A DNA stretch of 63,629 nt, counting the filler, from Collodictyon triciliatum (Eukaryota), in the NCBI GenBank assembly GCA_043381765.1. It is 17 parts of 17 records of this genome, joined end to end, with 100 filler letters (N's around TTAATTAATTAA, not from the genome) between each part and the next. Parts side by side here need not be neighbours in the genome. Positions count along the whole stretch, not along the records: positions 54,420 to 58,255 come from JBHJMP010006808.1; positions 58,356 to 62,195 come from JBHJMP010006809.1; positions 62,296 to 63,629 come from JBHJMP010006848.1; 14 more parts are not named here. The stretch is one strand, 5' to 3'. Below, piece by piece: positions 54,497-63,629 of this stretch (the first letter of the stretch is position 1; every line of letters begins with the position of its first letter). Below the pieces are notes generated by a model. That model searched no databases. It had not been told where the DNA came from and worked only from the letters and a program-made list of their open reading frames with translations. The translations under genes were made by a program, and so were the position numbers.

Positions 54497-54852
54497 GGCT
54501 GGTGCAGAGGCATCAAACAAACTGTGCTCGCCCCTATGTTCAACTCCAACCCATCTGGTTGGTTCCGTTTCGCTTTTCATTCTTTTCTTCTTTTTTGGGA
54601 CTGGTTTTGAATTGAACGCTCAAACCCAACGAACTGAATAGCGCTAATTCTGCTCGAGAAGGGGAAAAAAGAATCACTGTTGAAACGTTTCTTAAACGCG
54701 TTGAGACGGCGCACCTTTATAAATATACACTCCACCTCCCCAAGCGTTCAAACCTGGCTGGGTGCAGTCGATTGTTGTCTTTTACCTGTATGTGGAATAT
54801 TCATGAAAATCCAACGTTTTAGACATGGAACATATTTTATTGTAGTCTACAT

Positions 54853-54879
54853 TCTTTGAATCGAATAAAGGAAAAAAAA
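54853..54879 (+). mobile_element. Retroposon tail family B copy
   Basis: CTTTGAATCGAATAAAGG-A8. Confidence 0.65.
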
Positions 54880-55159
54880 TCGTAGTGCGAATTAATTTTG
54901 ATTATCATTTTATTATTATATGTATTAAGACCTTGTGTGTTTGTTTGCCACAAAGCACATATTTCGAGAGTCTCTGTGGATGCTTTATTTTACATGAATT
55001 GATTTTGTGCAGTTTTTTTATGTTTTTAATTGACTAATTGACTATAGTTTTATTAAAATTGAAAACTCGGTAGTTTTCTGAAGGAAAAAGTAAAACAAAG
55101 ACTTTCAGGTGAAGAAAATATAACGTCTTGAGTCCGAGAATTTAAATTCTGTAAAACCA

Positions 55160-56976
55160 TACTATCGAAATGTGAAAACATATCTAAGGTCGATTGTAAA
55201 GAATGCGGATGACTATAACAAAATCAACGATGCGGTTTTATTGTGTCATAATTTGGTTACCGACACTTATCTGTTTGCAAGATGTTACATATTGAAAGCA
55301 CAACAACACCCAACAATCGATGAAAAATTTTTGTACGCTTTAAAGGCAATAGGAGTAGTTTCACAAGATAGACCAGCAAGTTTAAAAAATCCAGAAATGA
55401 GAGATGACTTGATGACTTTTTATCTCAATGATTTTCTATTCCATTTGTCCCGAGAAGAACGCGTTCCGTTGGTTGGACTGTCTCATGTATTACCGTACTT
55501 GGCAAAGCAAATGTTAACAGCTTAATACAATAACACTAAGGAACATTTTGTAAAGAGTTTACTACGTTTCATGAATCAAACAGTTCCTAAAGGTGAGAAT
55601 ATTACGGAAGCAATTAAAAAGGCATAGTTACGGAAGTTAAAATAAAGTCATCTACAAGAAACTCGATTTACAGTAAATCCACAAAGGGTGGGCTAAAATG
55701 CATTTGAATCGTATCATTCCCAGCGATATTGTAAAAGGTATCGAATATGATACCAAAGTGAATCCAAATAAGTATATTCCATGTCTGATTTACATGAATC
55801 GCATTCTTGAGGACATTGGAACCACACTGTTTCAACCAATTTCTATAGAACTAACAATATGCCATGCCATATTACTCTAGATAATGCATGTTTGATAGAT
55901 ATATTATTATTATCTGGAAAAACATTATTAAAGAAGAATATATCAGGATGCAAAGAGACACTATGGTATAACTTCTTTGAAATGAAGAAGAGGGTCATTC
56001 ATCAAAGAGACTACAATTTCAAATACATGATACAAACAGACGGATTGGTGGTGTCATTATTGTTTGAAAAGAAAGGTATTTCAAATTCAAAATTCCAATT
56101 TTATCAAAAAAAATCAGGGATTTGTCTATGGATGTGTATTTTCCGAAGAGCAGTTTTCTTTATTAGCGACAAGAAATAGCTGGGGTGGACGCAGGCAATT
56201 TTAATTTTGTTTACATGGTGTGTGAGACAGGTAAGAAATTACGTTACACAGCACACCAAACAAGACATTATAGCAAATCTCTTAAAAATCACAAAATACT
56301 CTTGCGCGAGAATGAAAAAATGCAATGTTTCAGGGATATGCACAGTAACAGGTTTACAAAGTGTTGTTTCTTTTGTTGCCATGACTTTTGAAGAGAATCA
56401 GCAGTTTGAGACATCAAGAGTATCTTTAATCGATTTAGAGACAGAACTGAGTGAACATAATTCATGCACAGTCGATTACGAAAAATTTCGAAAATATGTA
56501 TCTATGAAATCAAGATACCAGATAGAATTATCCAGATTTTATGAACACGTAACTTTTCGAAATATGATATGGAGACGGTTTGTTAATACAAAAAGAAGTG
56601 AACAGTTGTTTATGGACTGAATCGAAAAGACATTTGACAAGGATGTTGTGCTGGTGTATGGGGACTGGAGCAGAAAATCTCCGATGAAACATTTTATGCC
56701 AACAATCGGAAGAGGATTACGAAAAGTACTATCCAATCATTTTGAACAAGTTAGTGTAGGTGAATTTAGAACCTCCAAGATGTGCTGAATCTGCGAAAAA
56801 GAACTGGAGTATATAACACTGAAAGGAAGTTGAAAAAAGGTATATAGATGTCTCATATGTAAAGAATGTAATCGCTCAGAAAGCAAAGTGTATTCTTGGC
56901 AAGGGACTTTAACAGCGCTAATAATATACTCAACAAAGTTCTTTTAGTCCTTCAAAAAAGGCATAAACCTTTTTAA
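55160..56976 (+). pseudogene. Fanzor1 (eukaryotic TnpB-derived RNA-guided nuclease), disrupted by stops and frameshifts
   Basis: Ordered motifs VKTYLRSI, MLTA*YNNTKEHF, YDTKVNPNKY..YMNRILE..LFQP, MIQTDGLVVSLL, RuvC-I GVDAG, LRYT, LVYGDWS..MPTIGRGLR, RuvC-II GEFRTSKMC*IC, zinc finger CKEC, RuvC-III RDFNSANNI. Confidence 0.88.
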
Positions 56977-56999
56977 AAAAAAAAAAAAAAAAAAGGCTG

Positions 57000-57135
57000 T
57001 TGGGTCTTTCCTCTGGTAGCCTTCACCACTACACTATCTTTGTTAAAAAGTGGTGAGACCTTGGATACTTGCGGACAAAGTTTGCCAGTCAAAAGATGGC
57101 ATACCCCTTCTGGTATAATAATGAATGTTCATTAG
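57000..57135 (+). ncRNA. Candidate Fanzor omega-RNA scaffold / element right end
   Basis: Directly 3' of the Fanzor ORF. Stems TCACCACT/AGTGGTGA (57023-57056), TGCCA(G)TC-AAAA-GATGGCA (57083-57101) and ATACC/GGTAT (57101-57116). Confidence 0.4.
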
Positions 57136-57435
57136 AACCGGTACAACACGAGAGGGTACCAACGAAGCGCCGGCCAGAGGGAATCTACAAATGGAGAGTG
57201 GGAAGGGCGCAAGAGTAAAGAAACGACTTTATTGCCAGCACAATTCGAAACGGGCGTGCTTTGCCATCAGGAACACCCCTTCGAAGCGCAGGAGCGAAAA
57301 GAACACCCACCAGACAGGATGAACCAACCGAACGACTGAAAGAAGGAAAGTAAGAAAATAGACTTGTAAACGATAAGGGAGAGGCTGCGGCCCCGAAAAC
57401 CCAGGTACTGGCCCTGTGTCATTCTCGTTCGTTGC

Positions 57436-58191
57436 TTAAATGCCGATCATAAACTTTTTGCGTGGCATGTACCCGGCGAAGGATACAGCACGGGTTTCTC
57501 CAAGATAATCTTCCACTTGGTAGTTGTGGGAGCCAGGAACTCCCAACGATGGAGGTGTACGATATTGTTCGTGGTTTCCGGTGGCCGGTCTCGAGTTCGG
57601 AGCTGACTGGTGTCGTGATTGTGGGCGGGAGGTTCTCTCGATTTGATGGACCTGCTCAGCCCTCTCTCGATACTGTTCTGCGATGCGCTCCCCTGGTGTC
57701 ATAGGGCGACTTCCACCTCGGCTACTCGGCTTATTTGGAGTCCTTGGAGCTGGGGTTCCACGCTGGGATTGGCGACTGGGTGGAATCGCTTGCTGTTCGT
57801 CCACAATACGCTGCACATATTCTCCATTCTGGTAGTCGCTATTGATGACACCATATGCATTTATCATCCCGGGAACGTGGCCCTATTTTGTTTAACGAAT
57901 TCTAAATATTAATATATTATCTATAACGATTAAATTCATTTGACAGTTGTTTTCAGAAGAGTAGAGTTTTTTCTTTTTCTTCTGTTTCTTTGTGATTCCA
58001 AAATGCCGAGATTGAAGCGTTCTTTAAAGTATTTTTTTTAAAAAAAAAAACCAACCTGATATCCCATTATTCGAGGACGCGAGGAATTATAGTTAACAAA
58101 TGCACCATCTCCTTGATAGCTCCCAACCGGTGGATGATGAAAATCAAACTGCTCAGCTTCATAATGGTTGACTCCGTATGATTGACGGGGT
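57436..58191 (-). CDS. FAM166/CIMIP2-like ciliary microtubule inner protein, 5' partial
   Basis: Spliced PRIMGYQ|GHVPGMINAYG and a second FAGYMP motif (GYxG[YH]xP repeats). Confidence 0.55.
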
Positions 58192-58356
58192 GCTATTTTT
58201 GAGACAAGATGTCATTTTCTTTTTTTTCTAGTATTGCTAGAATATGTAAATCCGANNNNNNNNNNNNNNNNNNNNNNNNNNNNNNNNNNNNNNNNNNNNT
58301 TAATTAATTAANNNNNNNNNNNNNNNNNNNNNNNNNNNNNNNNNNNNNNNNNNNNA

Positions 58357-58453
<97 letters not shown>

Positions 58454-58551
58454 GCGTATGTGTATGTGTATAACTCTCCTTATATGAAGATGCAATATTT
58501 CTTGACAATATTTACATACAATTATTATCGAGGCATCGATACACAAAACAG

Positions 58552-59519
58552 AGAGTGTGTCATTTAAATTAAACAATGTATTTGACCACCCAGCACCATT
58601 CAAAGGTAATTTATTATAGTTCGGTCTAAATTTTCAACGCTGAATCGTCACGAAATAAGCATATGATTTTTTTCTTTAATGTGGTATACCTATTGATATT
58701 TTGAATGTGAGTAATGCATCAATTATTCATTTAAGGTGATGCGTGCAAATGCGTCAGTCTTGAGCAAATAACTAACCCTTGCTTCATAGCATATTTCATG
58801 CCGGGGTCTCCCTATGAGTTTTCTATTTTCCCATCCAGTGGGATTCTTGAGCCGCAAGGCAGCAAAGAAGGTACTGTATTTACCATATCACTCACGCCAC
58901 ACGCTTACGGAAAACCTCTGGTCGGCGTATTAGTAATTCAGGTATAAACGCACCCACAAGATGATAAAATACAGTAATTTTTTTTATTTAAACAAATAAA
59001 ATAGAATCGTAAATAAGCTGAAGAAAATTCCAATAAAATTGAAGAAAATACTTATGAATACGATTAGACCGATGAAATGCAATGGAGTTATGAAATTCGA
59101 GGCACCCATCCACAGTATCAACCTCCGTCAGCACCGGCAGGTTTAAGAATAAACATTTCTGCGTGAGGATATATACCCACGCTTTTAAAATGAAACTACT
59201 GTCTGTTTTTATATTTATTTTCATGGAAGGCATCGACAGATATATGTATATATTATAAACCAAACAACATATGAAGGCCGCCGAATCGACAACCGGTTAT
59301 CACCTGATGTTGAAACCCAAATGGACCCCACGGCCTCTCAACGAAGAAACTTCTTGCAAGAAAACATAAAAAAGAAGCGAGCAAAATCCGGTTCGTGCAT
59401 ATTTTATTCGCTGTGTCTCTCGTATGTTTATATCTCATTAAGCAGCATTATAATACCTTCATATGACCACCCGATATTAAATGTCATAATATACGAACAG
59501 TTTACTTTCTCCAGGTTGA
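58552..59519 (+). CDS. CFAP47: Cilia- and flagella-associated protein 47, 3' exons
   Basis: SVSFKLNNVFDHPAPFK|AYFMPGSPYEFSIFPSSGILEPQGSKEGTVFTISLTPHAYGKPLVGVLVIQ|TDEMQWSYEIRGTHPQYQPP...RRNFLQENI. Exact stop inferred. Confidence 0.8.
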
Positions 59520-59974
59520 CCAATAGTCTCTTGACTAACTTTCTTTTCTTTTTCAACTTCTCTCATTGACACTGCATGCTATTTATAACTCCAATCAATT
59601 CAATTTACTCGTCACCATCGCCCGTGTAAAAGCATCTTCAGCGAGTGGTCGACCAAAGTTCAAGGTGTGAAATAGACATAAAGAGATACCTCGAATTCAA
59701 CTGCACCTCTTTTTTTTTCTCTCTCTCTTTCTCCTTTTGTTATCTTGTTTCTCGTCGACAATCTCGCTGCACAAGAATCTTGACAAAGGACTATCATCAT
59801 CATTTACTGCAGAAAACATAAATCCTTTCCTAGCAAAAGAAACTAATAATCTACACCAGCAACAGTCCAATACCTGTCTTTGCACAAAACAAAAACAAAA
59901 ACAAAAACAAAAACAAAAACAAAAACAAAAACAAAAACAAAAACAAAAACAAAAACAAAAACAAAAACAAAAAC

Positions 59975-60005
<31 letters not shown>

Positions 60006-60326
60006 CAAAAAGAACACAAAAACAAAACAAAAAAAAAGACAAAAACAAAACAAAAACTTATAGGATGAAAAGGAACCCATCCTTTTCGTACTAGGACATA
60101 GGCAAAAGACGTCAATCGTTGACACTTATCGAAAATGTATTCACTTTATGGTCGGATTATTTACAGCAACACATCGCAGCTCATACGCATGAAAAATCTC
60201 TCAACAGCATACGCGTGGCGTTTTTGCCCCTCTTACTTTTCCTCACCGTATATTTCACTCTCTTTCTATTTGAGGCAGACACGGTCCGATGGAAAAAGAG
60301 AACGAGGGAGCCAATTCAGAGGCACA

Positions 60327-61436
60327 TCAGATTCCTTTGTACAGAAGGTCGTAGCGGGGAATGCGCTTTGGGTCGATTGGCGACTGGACTATAAACTTGC
60401 CGTGCATTGCGCCGCGATAAATGGTCTCCACAAGGTCGATAAAGTCCTGCTTCCCCATGAAACTGCCGACAAACTTTGTGTGGTCTTGCGTCCTATTCGC
60501 TCCCCGGTATTAAGGGATATGGTTAGGATAGACGACTGATGTTGACTGTCTGTGTGGGCTGATTGGTGAATAAAAGGGTTTGACGGTTGATACATCAATA
60601 GCCACAATTGAAAGTTGGAGGAAATCGGTGAAGATGCAAGAGATACAAGCGACAAAGAGCAGCTCACCCGTAGTCTACTTTCATGTGCCGCCCTTCGTAG
60701 AAGAAAATGGTGGATGGAATCAATGCAATATCGAAGTAGCGTGTGTATATGGGAATCTGTGGCGTGATTATCAATAAATCGTCTACTGATTCGAATGGGG
60801 GGAGGGGAAAAAAAAACTGTCTCCAGTGTCTTTGGTTCACATCATATCACACTATATCATATCATACATCACACATAACACATCACACATAACACATCAC
60901 ACATAACACATCACACATCACACATCACACATCACACATCACACATCACACATCACACATCACACATCACACATCACACATCACACATCGCACATCACAC
61001 ATCACACATCACACATCACACATCACACATCACACATCACACATCACACATCACACATCACACATCACACATCACACATCACACATCACACATATCATTG
61101 TATAGTTTGAAATACAGTGAATTGTATCGTATCCTACGTGGTCAACATCAACTAAATAGATCACCGCCATGTTAGCCAGTTGCTGCTCCGTCTTTGAGAG
61201 CTATGTTTCGGATAAGTTTCAATACTGTCAGGTCGTCGCTGTAATTGAGTTGTGTCGAGAGCGAGGCCATGAAGACTGAAGAATAATAGGAGGGCAAAAC
61301 TAACAATATCATCCAAAACCACGCAGTTTTGATCAGCATCGCGGCCAAAGCGTAAAACAAGGACGCGTTTCTTGGTTGTTTGGATGGCTTCGTCGAGCTG
61401 CTTCTTTGTTGTTATGTGCTTCAGAAGAAAGCTCAT
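60327..61436 (-). CDS. TXNL4B: Thioredoxin-like protein 4B (Dim2/DLP), 4 exons, complete
   Basis: [98 protein letters not shown]; these residues are 4B-type rather than 4A-type. Confidence 0.93.
60865..61092. repeat. (CACAT)n intronic microsatellite
   Basis: About 45 units in TXNL4B intron 2. Confidence 0.95.
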
Positions 61437-62065
61437 TGTATATTCTCGTTGCGGTTGTTGCTATGGAGTTGTTTGCTTGGTGCTGGAGTCCTGGTGGAGG
61501 GCTGGATCTATACAAAGATCGTCACATGATCAGCACACAAGTCTGCAGTTTCTTCTTTTTTACTGTTTTTTTTTCTTTCTGTGTGTTTGAATTTTGATGG
61601 CGTGATTTATCAAAGGGATCGATGTGTCTGCAGCGATTGGTCAGCACACATGCACAGTGAATCTATTGCACATAAGGCGCGATACCGAACAACATACAAG
61701 CATTTTAGCTGCGCGATGGGATAATAATATGAAAGTATTAATGTCTGAGCATTATGTAAATTTTTTGCTGGGCTTTATGGCTTTCTTAGTCAAAAATATA
61801 CAAATACTATATTTTCCATAAATAAAAAACAAATAAGTCATGAAGAAACAAGCCAATCACACTCCATGTTTGGGCATTTTGCAAAGCATCTTACGGGTTG
61901 TCTGTTTGATCGCGCTCTATGGTGCTCTTCACTTTTTTTGCTTGGTGCCTCTTTCCTTCTCCCAATCTCCCTTTTGTTCCTTTACATATGTATTAAAATA
62001 GTTGTTAGAGACAACCGGTGGCAGATATATTTTATTTTTATTTTTATTATTATTATTATTATTAT

Positions 62066-62142
<77 letters not shown>

Positions 62143-62295
62143 TTACTATTACTATTACTACTACTACTACTACTATTACTATTACTACTACGACTNNNNN
62201 NNNNNNNNNNNNNNNNNNNNNNNNNNNNNNNNNNNNNNNTTAATTAATTAANNNNNNNNNNNNNNNNNNNNNNNNNNNNNNNNNNNNNNNNNNNN

Positions 62296-62391
<96 letters not shown>

Positions 62392-62439
62392 GCACAATTT
62401 TGCACATACTGTTCAATATATGAGCGAACAAACACGTAG

Positions 62440-62785
62440 GTCCTCAATAGACCAGAATTTCCTAATACCGATTTGAGAAAGGACGAACAAAGGAGCAATT
62501 ATGTCAAGAGTATGTGATTCTTTCAACCCTTGCATAGTTTTACATGTTCAACCTAAAGAGAACTACTGCTCGACTCCAAAAAGGCTTACTCATCAAATAC
62601 CGCATGAATTTTAGGAGAAGACTACGAAGACGACGATGAGGAAGAAAACGAAGCACTTCTTGAACAAAAAACCATTATTGATGGCGAAAAATGTGTTCCG
62701 TCCTCTGCTGAGCTCTTGATTGCTATCGCATCACACTTGGACGGCACCTCTCCGACGCCTGAGATGGCCCGGGACAGCGAGTTAA
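62440..62785 (+). CDS. Internal exons of a hypothetical protein
   Basis: VLNRPEFPNTDLRKDEQRSNYVK and EDYEDDDEEENEALLEQK...RDSEL, both AG/GT bounded. Confidence 0.35.
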
Positions 62786-63049
62786 GGTCAATTCCTAATC
62801 GTAACCGACGGTCTAAGGAAGAGAACCAGAACGTTAGCATCTATTCTAGACAAAAGAAGACAAACGTTGACAAAAGAATATAATCGAATGGAATAGAAAA
62901 TCTATCATTTGTAATCGATGTTGAAAAATAAAGATATTAATAAATCACCAGGACTCCAGAAAGGACCTTCCAGAACCAACCAATCAGGACAATTTTACCC
63001 GGGCTGAAGATGTTTGTCTAATTCTGATTATATGAAACAAAATTATTAC

Positions 63050-63100
63050 TTTTTATTCTTCCTTTCAATTTCGTGCAAGATGGCGGGGATGTTGTCTTTG
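63050..63100 (-). mobile_element. LINE tail family A copy
   Basis: TTTTATTCTTCCTTTCAATTTCGTGCAAGATGGCGGGGATGTTG. Confidence 0.75.
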
Positions 63101-63629
63101 AAAGAAACATGATATAAATTTGCTCTAGGATGAATCAAAATATCATACTAAATTATCAGATGGTATTTTAATCACACCTTCGTCGGATCTGAAGTAGCTT
63201 GTTTTTAGACTTTTTTTTTTTAAACTTTTTCATCGTAATAATGTTTATCATAGGAACGCAAAACTCCAGTACCGGATACGCGATATGAAGGATTTGTTGT
63301 CCCATATGTTGTGGATTATTCAGATCTTTTGAGAGTATAGTTTCATACATACTTTGCTATCTGACTCGTTACAAACCTCCATAGGCTCATAATTTTTTTT
63401 GAAAAAATCATTTTACAAATCTACATGAAACATATGATGTACTGTTACAAAACAAATCACGTCTAATTTCTGTCACAATGATACTATGCGTTTTATGTGT
63501 TTGGTTGTTTGGTTGTTTGGTTGTTTGGTTGTTTGGTTGTTTGGTTGTTTGGTTGTTTGGTTGTTTGGTTGTTTGGTTGTTTGGTTGTTTGGTTGTTTGG
63601 TTGCTTGGTTGTTTGGTTGGTTTTGTCTT

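Noticed and set aside
55523-56833. In-frame stops in Fanzor as stop-codon reassignment
   Set aside because: TAA, TAG and TGA all occur along with frameshifts, and housekeeping genes in the window end normally on all three stops.
57470-57490. GTATCCTTC on the minus strand as a U12 donor
   Set aside because: It lies in a frame that continues into a plausible conserved motif (AVSFAGYMP), and no branch point or downstream exon was found.

Overview
This is eukaryotic DNA from an AT-rich, intron-rich unicellular organism that is probably flagellated (CFAP47 and a FAM166/CIMIP2-like gene are present). It is not one locus. About 17 unrelated contigs, most about 3.84 kb and apparently sorted by size, are joined by an artificial 100-nt spacer (44 N + TTAATTAATTAA + 44 N), so gene order across spacers is meaningless and most genes are partial. 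Spliced housekeeping genes reconstructed by hand: COMMD10 (last exon), GTF2H2/SSL1, HID1, TMEM50, a PQLC2/Ypq-type PQ-loop transporter, DUS1, DGAT1, AP2M1, CFAP47 (3' end), TXNL4B, a membrane-anchored pappalysin-like M43 protease and a frameshifted PLOD-type glycosyltransferase. The two most interesting signals are: (1) two paralogous genes for signal-peptide-bearing WD40 proteins whose 126-bp repeats are nearly identical within and between loci except at a few hypervariable surface positions, mounted on a Cys-rich repeat stalk, a candidate diversifying extracellular receptor family; (2) a decayed Fanzor1 (TnpB-derived RNA-guided nuclease) gene followed by a hairpin-rich candidate omega-RNA. 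The window also has a LINE 3' end with about 9 very short 5'-truncated copies (several with TSDs), a second retroposon tail family, an (AAT)n-tailed repeat and a non-autonomous Helitron-like element. All calls come from reading the sequence and recalled family motifs; no searches were run.
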